Below, piece after piece: positions 46,720 to 60,289 of a DNA stretch of 64,000 bases (its first letter is position 1; each line of letters starts with the position of its first letter). Where the stretch lies: the NCBI RefSeq assembly GCF_021869535.1, contig NW_026262593.1:23498001-23562000 (forward strand), in the 5' to 3' direction. Position numbers and translations under genes: made by a program. Origin of the DNA: Mytilus californianus. Lineage: Eukaryota. Under the pieces are notes generated by a model, which worked only from the letters and a program-made list of their open reading frames with translations, was not told the origin of the DNA and did not search any database.

Positions 46720-47895
46720 ATGCGTTTTAAAAACTTCAGAGTGTTGCTTATGATCAGTATTGCTACATATATGGAACTTGTATACGCTCAAAGTCATGCT
46801 GATGTTAAAAAGCTCTATACTGATTTGTTCACTGACTATAAGAAAGAAATCTTACCTACGGCGGACCAGTCCAAACCATTAGTGGTAGGAGTTACATTTT
46901 ACATGGCTTCATTCAATTCGTTTAATGAGGTAGAAGAGACAATTTCACTAACTGCAGCAGTAGGAATGAATTGGACAGATCCTGCTCTTATGTGGAATCC
47001 CATCTTGTATGGTAATTTGTACGTTACCACAATTAATCCGAAAGATTTGTGGCTTCCGCAAATATTTCTCACAAACAGAGTAGACTCGATGAATCCGGTA
47101 GGAGATGACACAATGTTTTTCCCTACAATTGTATTTACTGGAGAGGTGATATACAGTCCTGGTGGAATTCTTAAGGCTAAATGTCCGACGGATATATCGA
47201 AATTTCCCTTTGATAGTCAGACATGTACTCTACAATTGATGCCATGGGGATTTGTTAAATCGAATCTTTTACTATCTGCCAATTTTGATAAAGCTCAGCT
47301 TGACTTCTTTTCTGCACATTCAGACTGGAATCTGTTAGAATACTCTACGAACGTTGTAAATGAGTCTTTGGGTTACAGTGTGTTAAACGTGAAACTTACC
47401 TTTAAACGCGAGCCGTTGTATTTCGCGGTGATGATTATTCTTCCGACACTTCTATTTTCACTTTTGAATCCATTAGTTTTCATCTTACCAGTAGAGTCTG
47501 GAGAACGAGTGTCATTATCGATGACAATTTTACTTTCATACGCCATATTTTTAACACTTGTATCAGCTTCGATTCCCGCCTCTTCGAATCCAATGTGCGT
47601 TTTGTTAATTGCTATGATCGCTATTATCTCGATCAGCGGAGTAATCGTAATTGGTTCCATTATCAATGCAAAATATTTCTACCTGGAAAATGGCGAAAAC
47701 ATTGGAATAGTGATGAAATCTTTCACCATAGTATGGACGAGGAAAACGAACAAAGTGGTTCCAATAGATGAATACAAAGAACCGGCTATTAGGGGAAAGG
47801 ATATAACGGAGATGTTAGATTTTCTTTTTTTCTATGGAACATATATTTCAATCATTGTAATCATTTCTGGTTATTTTTTGTACGTTTTGTTATAA
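46720..47895 (+). CDS. Intronless nAChR-like Cys-loop receptor subunit, non-alpha (391 aa), duplicate A
   Basis: Signal peptide, CPTDISKFPFDSQTC, PVESGERVSLSMTILLS, 4 TM, short M3-M4 loop. Confidence 0.95.
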   Translation: MRFKNFRVLLMISIATYMELVYAQSHADVKKLYTDLFTDYKKEILPTADQSKPLVVGVTFYMASFNSFNEVEETISLTAAVGMNWTDPALMWNPILYGNLYVTTINPKDLWLPQIFLTNRVDSMNPVGDDTMFFPTIVFTGEVIYSPGGILKAKCPTDISKFPFDSQTCTLQLMPWGFVKSNLLLSANFDKAQLDFFSAHSDWNLLEYSTNVVNESLGYSVLNVKLTFKREPLYFAVMIILPTLLFSLLNPLVFILPVESGERVSLSMTILLSYAIFLTLVSASIPASSNPMCVLLIAMIAIISISGVIVIGSIINAKYFYLENGENIGIVMKSFTIVWTRKTNKVVPIDEYKEPAIRGKDITEMLDFLFFYGTYISIIVIISGYFLYVLL

Positions 47896-49699
47896 TGGTT
47901 TGAAAATTATCCAATCAGTTAACAGTCAAGGTAGTTTATGCTTCCTACATGCTATCATATGTGAAACATTTCAACAAAATGCATAAGTATTGCAAACCAT
48001 GGAAATAAATTGACCATTCTAAACTGTTGTTTTCGTTGTATTTCATTATTCAGATGATACAAAAATAATTTAGCACTCTTAGTCCAGAAATCATTTTGTT
48101 TTATATCGCACAAAAAAAAATATATAAAAAAACTTTATTATTGAAAAAATCTTTGAAGAAGTGCTTAAGTATGACAAGATAATCCCACCAATAAATTAAA
48201 AACACGACTTTGAAAGAAAAAAAAACAGCACACGATCATGATTCACAGAACAGAGCTTAATAACGAACTGCTGTATTGTTTATTTGCTATTAATCACAAG
48301 CAAAACAAAGTGTGGTTTCCGACATTAACGGACAGAATCTGAAGTTTTCCCAAATCATGTTATAAGTTTTTAAGCATATCTTGGTATTTTTCATGATCAC
48401 GTAGTTTTTTTATTGGAAAATAGGTGGTATGTTTTCCTCCATAGGCGACTATATTAGCATTTTCTTAATATATTATTTTTGTAATAAATACCTTAACAGC
48501 TATGTGTGTAATTAGTATCTTATTATTCTGTTTTAGAAATTGAAGTCAAATTCCGGCATTATCATCTTCAAACGGAGCTTGTTTATTATATCCAATACCA
48601 CCGTTATTTTACATAGAATTTATGAAAAAATTGGAAGCCTATTCGAATAATTCGTAAGAATTTATTTCCCTGTGTTTCAAAATTTATATTGTAAATATAC
48701 ACGCTGCAGATATTCATAAATAAAAAAATTATATATTATACCCTTACATCCCATCTCAGTTGGCTTCCTTCACCTGCCTTGGGTACACAAAAGGCCAACC
48801 TAAAGCCGGTAAAATGTAATACTAGTACTACTTTTCCCATATGTTACAAATTCTAAAAGTAATTCATATTTTCCAATCAGCTTATAAAAAAAATGAGATT
48901 GGTAACAATTACCATGAGGATATTCATAATTATTAATTAGTTAAAGGTAACGTTACCTTGCCTATGTTCAAATATCATAAATACATGAAGAAAATAAAAA
49001 TCAAGGTAAAAGACAGAAAACTGAAGAAATCGCAGGTTGAGCGTCTCCTATTGTGATCCATCAGCCATTCGCAAAAGGATAGTTATCGATGAGGTCACTG
49101 AACTTAGAAATACATTTTGAAGAAAACATCATATTAAAAAACTGAAATTCCATGAATGGACTACTAGTATTTCGTAAGGATGACAATGCTTATTCATGTA
49201 ATATTGGTCTAAAGAAACCAGTTGCAAAATGTTAATTCGTTTTCGATATGTCTTACAGTGCTTTGTTACTCAGTAAACAATGTTGAATAAATTATTCAAA
49301 ATAATAGTAGACATGAAGAAGTAATTACAAATGAAGCTACTTAATAGTACACTGTAACTATTCCTGCCGGAAACGCTAAATACACAATCATTCTGAAGAG
49401 CTATCAAAGAATTTTGCTATAAAAGAGCAAGAACAAGTCCAAGCATAGGTCAACAACATATACGTTCATAAGGTCAGATTTTTATCTTCAAATTTTAGAT
49501 AATACGTTTCATACTTTGTTTTCAAGGTTCCAAAATGCAATTCTATAAATATGAAAATAAATAAATTTGGCATGATTGCTTTTTAGACAACTATCCATCT
49601 AAATCAATACCCTACAGTATTCTGATCGCCGAGTATATGTTTGTTAATTTTTGATGGTATTCTACGTTTTATACCCACAAGGCATATATTTTCTTAACC

Positions 49700-49860
49700 G
49701 TGTTTGGCATAGCTTTTCGAAACTTTCGTGTTTTAATGCTCTTTAACTTTAACGTAATTGAATTGACCTTTCCATTGTTTTGATTCGAGCACATCAGATA
49801 AGTCTTATGCAAATGAAACTCCAGTGTGGCGTACCAAAGTAAAAACCTGAGGTTCCTTTC
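49700..49860 (+). mobile_element. Degenerate hammerhead retrozyme copy
   Basis: gattcgagcacatcagataagtcttatgcaaatgaaactccagtgtggcgtac is a decayed version of 58296-58365. Confidence 0.6.
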
Positions 49861-50569
49861 ACAAAAAATCTTATGACAAAAAACTCGTAAGTTATACAGA
49901 AATATTTATGACTTACGAGTATTTGTTCTCGTAAGATTTGTTTTGAAATAGGTCGCTGGTATCTTTGATAAGTTTTAATTTTCCCTTCGTTTTGATTCGT
50001 AGATTGTCACATAAGAAATAAAGATTAGTAAAAACAACAAGGAATTTTTCTGCCATGATTGAAGTAGCTTACTCCAGATTATTTCCCTATGACCTTCTTA
50101 ACAAGAGATGCAAAAGATACTCAAGGGACATTCAAACTCACATGTCGACTATAAACTGACAACACCATGGCAATAACAAAAAAGACCAAAAGACAACTAA
50201 CAGCTTACAAAACACAACATGAAAAAACTAAAGACTGAGTAATACGAACCCCACAAAAACCGGGGATGATCTCAGGTGCTCCAGGAGGGTAAGCCGATTC
50301 TGGTCCACTTATGAAAGTACAAACCCGGTAATAAGTCTAATTCGGTAGGTCAAATTCGGGGAAAAGGAGTATATGTAACAACGACTCTATCAAACAATTG
50401 ATCGACAATCTAAACAACATAATTACACAATGCAATCAGTACTGCTTCCTATCATATCAAAACTGAGTCAACAATATTTTTTCTTAGCAAACAATGCAAT
50501 ATATTTCTAGTAACCGAATCAAAATTTCACAGACGTCGGTCTTGCTTTGTTCAAATTATACATTAAGTG

Positions 50570-50965
50570 TTACCCTTTTCCGTCTGTACGTCCGTCCGTT
50601 CGTACGACCAAAAATTAATTTCTGTTCTTTTAGTTTGCCTTAATCAAATGTTATGAAACTTATTCACAATGCATATTACCACAAAAAATAGATCAAGTTT
50701 ACATTTGGATGGCGTTACTTTTACCGTTCTTGAGTTATGTCCCTTTACAAATGGAAACATTGCTGAATTTTGTCGTTTCTGTTCTCATACTTAAGTTTGT
50801 CTAAACCAAATGTTATGAAACTCATACACAATGCCTATTACCACAAAACTCAGATCAAGTTCGAATTTGGGTGATATCACTTTCGCCGTTTTTGAGTTAT
50901 GTCCCTTTATAACTTTATATTCAAGCGGGGGCATCATCTGTGTCCAATGGACACATTCTCCATTT
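50570..50965 (+). mobile_element. HINE-like element with two internal repeats of about 165 bp
   Basis: (GTCC)n, duplicated aaatgttatgaaact...gagttatgtcccttta, 3' GGGGGCATC-atct-gtgtcc-aat-ggacac-attct. Confidence 0.8.
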
Positions 50966-51911
50966 ATTTATTTTATGTTTGGTGACTGTTGTTCGTCCTT
51001 TCGTTGTTTTTCGTTTGTTTTGCAATGGCATTGTCTGTTTCTCTCAACTTGTGTGTTTTGAATTTCCCCTTGGTATCTTCTGTCTTTCTTACTACTTCCA
51101 ATATGGTTTACTTTTTCTTAAAATCATTATATTTTATTTATTTTTATTTACACTTCAGTACTTTCAATTACAATTATAAATTTTGAAATATAAAATGCCC
51201 AAAAAGCAACGAAGGTATATTCCTGAAAATGCAATTAAAACATATAACTTAAAAAAAAACACACAGATTCCCAGCTACACAAAACCCTCTAAACTACTAA
51301 AAATCCCACTAGACCGTATACAAAAGTGAAACATGAACTGTTATAAAAACAGGTAGATTGAATTTTAATTCTCTACAAAAATTGATAAAAAACTAATTAA
51401 TCTTTACTTTACTCAGTGTAATTGCTTTCGTTCATTATTGTAAATTCAAAAATCATCAGTATTTATTTTATTTCATAACAAGATTGATTGCATCTTAATT
51501 GTCTATGGATTATCGTTTTTACACCAAGTAAATGCAAACACATATAAAGGATTTCAATGACGATGTTATAAGTATAAACAGATTCTAAATTACACCAGTT
51601 TATCTTAAAATTACCTTTCGTGAACTTTGAAACTTATATCAATGACTTAATGGAGACCTGAATTATATTTGCTTCGGTCATTTCCTATTTTCTGAATTAA
51701 AGAACTGAATGTTCGATTCAATTTATTTGTTTTGTTTCATTCTTTAGTATTGTATGATCAGTTGTCATATTGTTCTTATTGACTTTCATACTAATAACTG
51801 GAACGCTGCATATAAATAAAGTTTGTCACGAAATTTAAACTTACTTAAACCATTGTCATTAAACCATCACTATAGTTCGTCCAATACATCTGAAAAATTG
51901 TAAATAAAAAG

Positions 51912-53087
51912 ATGCATTTACGAAACTTTGGAGTGCTTCTTATGTTCAGTATTATAACATTTATCGAACTTGTCTATGCTCAAAGTCATGCTGATGTTAA
52001 AAAGCTCTACACTGATTTGTTCGCTGACTATACAAAAGAAATCCTACCTACGGCGGACCAATCTAAACCATTAGTGGTAGGAGTTACATTTTACATGGCT
52101 TCATTCAATTCGTTTAGTGAGGTAGAAGAAACCATTTCACTTACTGCAGTAGTGAACATGAATTGGACTGACCCCGCTCTTATGTGGAATCCAACCTTGT
52201 ATGGTAATGTAAACTCTATCACAATTAATCCGACAAATTTGTGGCTTGCCCAACTATTTCTTACAAACACGGTAGACTCGATGAATCCGATAGGAGATGA
52301 CACAAAATTTTATCCTACAATTGTGTACACTGGAGAGGTGATTTATAATCATGGCGGAATTCTTAAGGCTAAATGCCCAACGAATATATCAAAATTTCCC
52401 TTTGATACTCAGACATGTACACTACAATTGATAACTTGGGGATTTTTTCAATCGAATCTTTTACTATCTTCCAATTTCGACAAAGCCCGTCTTGACTTCT
52501 TTGCTGCACATTCAGACTGGAATCTGTTAGAATACTCTACAAGTGTTAAGAAGGAGTCTTCCGGATACAGTATGTTAAACGTGAAACTAACTTTTAAACG
52601 CGAGCCGTTGTATTTCACAGTAATGATAATTCTTCCGACACTTCTATTTTCCCTTTTGAATCCATTAGTTTTCGTCTTACCAGTAGAATCTGGAGAACGA
52701 GTGTCATTATCGATGACTATTTTACTGTCATATGCCATATTTTTAACACTTGTGTCAGCTTCGATTCCTGCCTCTTCAAATCCAATGTGCGTTTTATTGA
52801 TTGCTATGATCGCTATTATCTCGATCAGCGGAGTAATTGTAATTGGTTCTATTATCAATGCAAAATATTTCTTTCTAGAAAATGGCGAAAACATTGGAAT
52901 GGTAATGAAATATTTCACCAAACTATGGTTGAGGAAAAAGAACAACGTGATTCCGATAGATGAATACAAAGAACCTGCCATTAGGGGAAAGGATATAACG
53001 GAGATGTTAGATTTTCTTTTTTTCTATGGAACATATATTTCAATCATTGTAATCATTTCTGGTTATTTTTTGTATGTCTTGTTATAA
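51912..53087 (+). CDS. Intronless nAChR-like Cys-loop receptor subunit, non-alpha (391 aa), duplicate B
   Basis: About 86% aa identity to 46720-47895 (54 differences, hand count); intact ORF. Confidence 0.95.
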   Translation: MHLRNFGVLLMFSIITFIELVYAQSHADVKKLYTDLFADYTKEILPTADQSKPLVVGVTFYMASFNSFSEVEETISLTAVVNMNWTDPALMWNPTLYGNVNSITINPTNLWLAQLFLTNTVDSMNPIGDDTKFYPTIVYTGEVIYNHGGILKAKCPTNISKFPFDTQTCTLQLITWGFFQSNLLLSSNFDKARLDFFAAHSDWNLLEYSTSVKKESSGYSMLNVKLTFKREPLYFTVMIILPTLLFSLLNPLVFVLPVESGERVSLSMTILLSYAIFLTLVSASIPASSNPMCVLLIAMIAIISISGVIVIGSIINAKYFFLENGENIGMVMKYFTKLWLRKKNNVIPIDEYKEPAIRGKDITEMLDFLFFYGTYISIIVIISGYFLYVLL

Positions 53088-53369
53088 TGTTGTAAATGGT
53101 ATATAATCAGTTAACAGCAAAGATTAGTTGATGCTTACTAGATTTACGTATATGTGGAACATTTCAACAACATGGTATTATTAACAATGGCCATACTTGA
53201 ACATTTATCAGATGGCGTTATTGTTGTTTTCTTTGTATTTCAATTTTCTGGGTGTACGCGACGGCACTGATAGTCCAGGAATCACTATGTTTTTTTAATC
53301 ATGGAAAATCCAAAAAAATACACAAAAAGTCTTTATTATTGAAAAGATCTTTAAATGAGTGTTTTAAAT

Positions 53370-53790
53370 TTTTTTTTTATTACATTGGTTGCAAGGATTA
53401 CCGTGATTTCCCAATGAAATAAAAACCGATATTTTCACATGTGAAATAAACTCGGTTATTTCACTCCTCTGACGACGTCATACAACAATAGGTGTTGTCA
53501 AGACGTTGTTAATGACGCCGTATTAAAGCAAATTGTGAATGCGTAGAAAAAGATATAGTTTCATACATGTTTTACTTTAATTCCATTAACAAGCCCATTG
53601 TCAATGTAATAAAAAGAATAATTAATCAAAGAATTCAAATATCGAAAAGTATTCAACTCGTGACCGAACAACACTGATAATATCTTATGCGCTACGCATT
53701 AATCCATTAATTAATGTGTTGTTCGGTCAATCGTTGAAAATTTTTCTATATTTGAATTCATCGATTAGTTGTTCTATAAATAATGATAGA
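53370..53790. mobile_element. Hairpin-bearing element inserted downstream of duplicate B only
   Basis: Absent at the homologous position after duplicate A; GACGTCAT and tgaccgaacaacac...gtgttgttcggtca hairpin. Confidence 0.7.
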
Positions 53791-54084
53791 TAATGACACA
53801 ACAGTCCAATTTTCTGAAACAGCACATGATACTGGTTTCCGAGCGGTTGCAGTTTTTCTGTAATAACTTCACACAGTATTTTCTGAACAGAACTTGATAA
53901 CTATATAATGTATCGGTTTTTTTTAAATTAATCACGAGCAAAATAAAGTGCCGTTTCCTACGTTTACCTGCATAATTCGAACTTTTCCCAATTCAAGTTA
54001 TCAGTTTTTTTCTCTACATCCTGGTCTTTCTTAAACTCACGTAGTAATGATTGTAAAAGTATTCATTACAGTGATAAACACTGG

Positions 54085-54330
54085 GTCGATACCTCTGCTG
54101 GTTAACTATTAGTCCCGGGGGTATTACCAGCCTATTAGCCAGTACGTCGGTACTGGCATGAAAATACGGATATTGTGTTATAACAATTCCTATTACAACA
54201 TTTTGGAAATTATTTTGAATTGGGGAATACATCATCCTCACGCAAAGCTCTGATTCCTTTCCTGTCTTTGACTATACGTTTTGTCCTTTGTGGTTCATAA
54301 GTTCTTCATCTTTTTTTGGCCTCGAGCATT
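54085..54330 (+). mobile_element. Retrozyme-family copy truncated before its hammerhead
   Basis: cactgggtcgatacctctgctgg...ggcctcgagcatt; homologous to 19020-19100 and 9960-10200(-). Confidence 0.55.
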
Positions 54331-54939
54331 ATTAACGTAATGCTAAATAAATTATTTAACTGTAAAACAGATAAATGTATGTACCGATAAAGACAATAAT
54401 GTCCATAGTATAAATGGAAAATTCTTGATTATTTAAATCAAAAATATCATAAAAGTCGGCATTATGAACTGTTCTCACTATAATTTAATCCTGCTTGTGT
54501 CTTACTAAATTTTTCTATGTACATATTAATTTTTCTTGTATGTTTTCATTACATTTTACAAACATTATTCAGAAACCAATACAGATAATTCATCATTTTG
54601 GAATTAAAACACTTTTTGAAGAAATATTAGTAAAAATTATTAAAAGAAATTTGATAATAGGTAATTCATATATTCATAATTTCATATGCATTTAAAATAT
54701 TTAATCTCTTGAAAACGAGAGACATATTTAAGTTAATACAAAAAGCAAATAATAAACAAAGAAGCAGTCAAAACAAATCATTTAAAGAAATTACGACCAC
54801 CATTGTCAAAAGAACACATATAAAGTAATTAAATCAGTTGCTTCGGGATGGTCAGCAATTCCTGGTTCACTAGTGGTATCCGTGTTGTTAAAACGAATTT
54901 CCTATTCAATGATAAGTTGCATTAAGTAATGTAATATTC

Positions 54940-55352
54940 TGAGGTTTACTTGTTGTAATGTACAATTATATTATTTATTTATGTATTTCTCAGTGCTGAG
55001 TGTTCTTGCGTTTGTTTGTATTGTATTCCTGTCACGTAGTGTTGTTATCTTAGCGGTATTTTTTACATTGCCATATAAGCGGGAGGTTTGGCTAGCCATA
55101 AAACCAGGTTCAACCCACCTATTTTTTTCTTAAAATGTCCTGTACCAAGTCAGGAATGTGGCAGTTGTTATCAGACAGTCCGTTTCTATGTATGTTGGCG
55201 TTTGCTTTTCTTGTAGTTCAGTGTTTATGTTGTCCGTTGTTTTCCGCTTATAGTTAATGTGTTTCCCTCGGTTAAAGTTTGTTACCCGGATTTGCTTTTA
55301 CTTAATCGAATTATGACTATTGAGCAGCGGTATACTACTGTTGCCTTTATTT
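54940..55352 (+). mobile_element. R4 3' UTR copy
   Basis: Aligns with 680-1060. Confidence 0.8.
55069..55163 (+). ncRNA. Type-P5 twister ribozyme (R4; apparently intact)
   Basis: P5 UGCCAUAU:AUGUGGCA; GG-GA-GGU; CAA-CC-CAC; T1 GGU:ACC; T2 AC:GU; P4 CCUG:CAGG. Confidence 0.78.
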
Positions 55353-55479
55353 TATACCAATAAAAGAGAGCAGTTCGGTACCTTCCACAAGTTCAACAGA
55401 TTTGTAGTCACCAGTGACACTGATATCAAACAATGGTCAACCAAATCATAATAGTTTTACAGTTATATGATATTGAATT

Positions 55480-56320
55480 GATATAAAAAGTAAATTAACA
55501 AAAATACCGAACTCCAAGGACGGAAAGTTCCTTATCTAATTGCAAAATCAATAGCTCAAACACATGAAACGAATGGAAAATAACTGTCATATTCCTGACT
55601 AGGTACAGGCATATCCTTATGTAGAAAATGGTGGTTGAAACCTGTTTTTATAGCTAGCTAAACCTCTCTCTTGTATGACACTACCATATAATTCCATTAC
55701 ATTGACAACAATGTGTGAGCAAAACAAACAGACATAATAGGTGAAAATGTCAAAAATTAGGGTACAGCAGTCACCATTGTGTTATAATCTTAATTATTAT
55801 AATAACAAATAACTATGTCAACAAAGAAAAACAAAATGACATAAATACACTCTATAGACAAAGCACGTTAGCAAAAATGAAATACAAGAATACAAAAAAA
55901 AAATACCATAGCACAATAACACAATAACGGGATGTATGAATACAGAGTCACGTCAAAAGGATATTACTAAAAATGAACTAATCAGTAAAGGTTAAAAATA
56001 TACAAAGACAAATAAAAGGACAATATATACGTAATTAAGATGATAAACAACGTCAGTACCCTGAATATATACTTCAAGACCATCATGTATTATTTGTGAA
56101 GATGATACTGAATATTTATCAACAATGTCTTGGTATCTTCCGATGAACTTTTTTTTAGAAAAAGGACGAGACGTTCTTTAACAAAACTCTTGTTCATTAA
56201 CATTCTGTTCAGAAACTGGTGACGTTTTATAAAGTCTGAGTAACAGTTGCAAGCTCTTTAATACAAAATAAGTTGGGAAATGTATATGCAGGTGAAGTTG
56301 GTATATTGCTCCTTAGGAGG
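55480..56320 (-). mobile_element. 5'-truncated Penelope-like copy: RT tail (56320-56060) plus 3' UTR, subfamily R3
   Basis: RC SNIPTSPAY..YISQLI..RACNCYSDFIKRHQFL...FIGRYQDIVDKYSVSSSQIIHDGL with frameshifts, followed by a twister-like motif. Confidence 0.82.
55585..55680 (-). ncRNA. Twister-like motif (R3; degenerate P2)
   Basis: P5 UGUCAUA:UAUGACA (compensatory vs R4); GA-GGU with L4 UACCUAGU; CCUG:CAGG. Confidence 0.6.
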
Positions 56321-58189
56321 GGAAAATGTACAATCAAATAAATTGTTCCTGTAAAAATGCTGAAAATGGAAATAAAAATAAATTAAGTAGCGATTTATGA
56401 AGAATTCATTTCCATATATCATTCCATTCTTAATAGTGTCACCAATAACATCTGGTCGCCAATATATTACCCATGAGTGTTGAAAGTGGCGTTTAACACG
56501 TACAATCAATCAATAATATCAATAACGTTTCTGCATTGTTACAGTCATGACCAAAATAAAAGACAGTAAGTGTTTGTGAGAAAACAAATTGTCTTGAGTT
56601 ACGTCGCTTTGTACTAACTTGTTATTTTACATTTTATAAAAACAATTTTCTATGACGAGGCTCATATCTCAACCTGCTCATCTAGAATGTTAAAAACATT
56701 AAGCTGCAACATTGATAAAAAGATAGGAAAAGTAATCACACAACCACACACATTTTCTAACACTGGACGAGATATTTTTTAAATTAAAAATGTAAAAAAG
56801 AGCTCTTCTCACAATGTTGCAGTTTTATTTTTCCTGAACTGTAGTGATATTGTTGCAAAAGCATACTTAAAGGACATCGGTTAATACAAGAATTTAAGAT
56901 ACATGTAGGATGAGTTCTGACTTATCTGAAAAATGTCTCAATGGACCTGAACTCACTGCACTAATTCATCAACTCTGTTGAAGTAACATAAAGTAATGAA
57001 TCAAATATAATTTCTCATTAGCCTCAACGATTAATATTCAGACAATTTAAACATCTGTGCAATACTAGAAAAAGGGATATGCAACACCAACTAGGATAAC
57101 CTAAAACCTTGTTGTGCCATACCCTATGATGCCTCGACAATCAGGTGTCGTTATGTTTATAATAATGTTTCATTTATTACTGATATAAGTGTTGATGACA
57201 TATATTTTGATTTATCTGTTTATCGCGTTTCACGTGTGAAGCAGAATATTACCTTTCCGGAGTATCATAGATCACCTCATGTTTTTGATTCGGTTCGTAT
57301 TGCTCTCAGTACTTTTTATGTATTGTTTTGAAGACTTTTTTGTATCTTGCTTTTTTATCAGTCTTTCGTCAAATAATTTGTGAGTTTGACTCTCCATTAT
57401 ATATCTTCTTCCTCTTTTTGGTAGATGTTCTGGATGATAAAAAGCTGACATATAGTAAGAATACTTGCCCTGCAATGACAAACTATGTGCTTATATTTAG
57501 ATATATATATATTAGTATTTATATTTTGTCCTGAGGATGCATGAAATATTTGCAACTGGACATTAAATATATAATAGCCAATCAATCAATCTTAAATTAT
57601 AGATTTACTTTCTAACTGACGTCTATCTCACATCCCTTTCTTAGTATGATGATATTGTAGTTCATATTTTATACTTTTTTCTGTAATGACATTCTTTCTC
57701 GGTTAATATTGTATCTGAAAACATCTTCACGCAGTTAGTTGTTTTTGAACATCCAATAAAACAGATTTTCATATCGTGATTCCCTTATATCAGATTTCCA
57801 GAAATAATTTGCTTTGTCTTTACTGGTATCTATGATTTTCGTCTGCATAACTAACTCATTTGTTCTTTTTCTCAATATCAAATTTATTGTTTATAAAACT
57901 ATACTATTCCGTATGAAATAAGGAGATGTGGTATGACATTATAAGGTGTACCTTATTCCAATTCAGAAAAGAGACATTTAGGTTGGATGACAGGTTATTA
58001 TTATATCCGTGTCGTGTCGTTTAAGAAATCAAAGAAACCACAAAACATAGTTTAATTGTATTGGCATTAAAAGCTAAACGCATATGTTGACTTTTTCTCT
58101 TTTATTCTTTGAGATGTCATGAAGCGAAAACATCAAAACGAGAAACAGTTAACGCGACAAGGCTAAAACGACGCAATTCATACTGTTAA

Positions 58190-58385
58190 TCTATCTTGCG
58201 TTTTCACATTTTCCTGATTTGTTGCCTGGAACTCTTTGCTTTTACGAGTGTTTGCCTTTTCAAGGTTTGTACTTTATTTAGCCTATATACCTGTTTTGTT
58301 TCGAGCATCACTGATGAGTCTGTAGTAGACGAAACGCGCGTCTGGCTTTCAAAATTTGAATCCTGGCATCTATGTTGTGTTTGAG
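58190..58385 (+). mobile_element. Hammerhead retrozyme copy
   Basis: Homologous to 63630-63830(-) and 49700-49860. Confidence 0.75.
58296..58365 (+). ncRNA. Type I hammerhead ribozyme (core intact, cleavage triplet mutated)
   Basis: CUGAUGA(58311)-GUCU guagu AGAC-GAAA-CGC..GC-UUU; sister copies have GUA at the triplet. Confidence 0.85.
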
Positions 58386-59616
58386 GGTATTTGCTTTTAC
58401 GCACGTTTGCCTTCTAATTTTCAAATCATTAAATATAAATATCGAAAAGGTGGAATATATCAAAAATATTACTTTATACATGTACATTTGAGCGTCGGAA
58501 AGAAAGCAAAAACTTGAACATTTGAAAGCCATGGGTGGATTAAAAATAAGACACGTTATGAGTTCTATATGACCAATGGAACCTGCAACGAATGACCTAA
58601 TTGATATAAGATGTGGTATGAGTGCAAATGAGACAACTCTCCATCCAAGTCACAATTTGTAAAAGTAAACCATTATAGGTCAAAGTACGGTCTTCCATAC
58701 GAAGCCTTGGCTCACACCGAACGGCAAGCTATAAAGGGCCCCAAAAATGACTAGTGTAAAACCAGCAAAATAGGAAAACCAACGGTCTAATCTATATAAA
58801 AACGAGAAACGAGCAACACTTATGAACCACATCAACAAACGACAACCAATGAACAACAGGTTCTTGAATTAAGACAAGTGCAAACAAATGCAGCGGGTTT
58901 AAACGTTTTAACAGGCGCCAAACCTTCACCCTAACCTGAAATAATAGTGTAACATCACAACATAGAAAGACACACTATAAAATATCAATTGAAATGGCTT
59001 TACTCAATCAAAGGACATATTAACAAAAACAATAAAATATACACTGAACGAATGTATTTGATCTATGACACAATGTAAATAAAAAATTAATAAAAAAAAA
59101 TAGGGGGTGAGATGTAAAACAATATCTGAAAGACAACTTCAACCTTGGACAAAATGCCGTTAAATAAAATAACGTACACATTAAATAAAAATAATTTTGT
59201 TGTAAGGAGGACATGGAGTACGGAAATATTTTTTACAAAATAAATTTGTTGTTCATAGTACGAGAACAGAAGTGAAAATTTATCGTCATACTAACTTATC
59301 AAAGGTGGTATATATTAAAAATAGTGAGACGAGATATAACACAAAATAAGTTAACATTAAATAACAAAAATGCATTACAATTGTATCAACAGGTCAAATT
59401 AACACGAAAGTACGATTTGAGAGTACTCGCAGATACTGAAAGCTAGTTAAAAGCCAAAAACAATTAATAATAAAAAGCATGCATTACCTGTGTATTATAT
59501 GACGCAGGTTTCTTCAAAAGCGATGATTTTCTAAAAATGTTTGAAATTTCACAGTGATATCATACTTTAACTTTGTTTAATATAAGTTATCTACGGATAT
59601 GAACGTAGATAACGAA

Positions 59617-60223
59617 TTTATCCCCGGTCTTAGTCTAAATCTGGCGATTTTTAGAGAAATTCGACCACAAAGTTTAACGTGAAAGCAACGTTTTTTTCAT
59701 TTTTTAGATATCTTTTATTGAAATTTGGGAATTTGACATATTTTTAACGGGGTGTAGGGTACTACCTTTGGTAGAACCCTACATTTAGACAAATATAAGA
59801 CGTTTTTAAACTAGAGACAGAGAAACTGAAATGGGTCGAATTTGGAGCGCAATGTTGTGAGAGTTACATCATAAACGGTGTGACGTCAACGTGGGTCATT
59901 TGCATAGCTAGGTCAGTTTACCATTCATTGACAATGTGGCTGCATAGTGATGCATTTACTAAAATGGGTGAAAATAATCGATATAACAAGATAAAATCGT
60001 AAGGGAATTAAGTATTTAATTATACAGACATCATGGAAAATCTACAGAATTCGATATTTCATAAGGAATAACCATGGAACTAAGGAAAACGCGCGTGAAA
60101 TTCCCCTATGTAATGGGTAGCAACGTCCGGGGAAATGGGTTAGCAACACCCAGGGGCTATGGGTTTTGTAACGACGTGCATTAACCAATCAAACTCCTAG
60201 AAATATACTAAGCCGGGGATAAA
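59617..60223. mobile_element. MITE-like element with about 18-bp TIRs
   Basis: tttatccccggtcttagt ... actaagccggggataaa. Confidence 0.7.
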
Positions 60224-60289
60224 CCTGTTTATTAACTTTTGACTTTAATTATTTATCCCTTGTAATTTTTTATTAACTGTGTATTTGCA

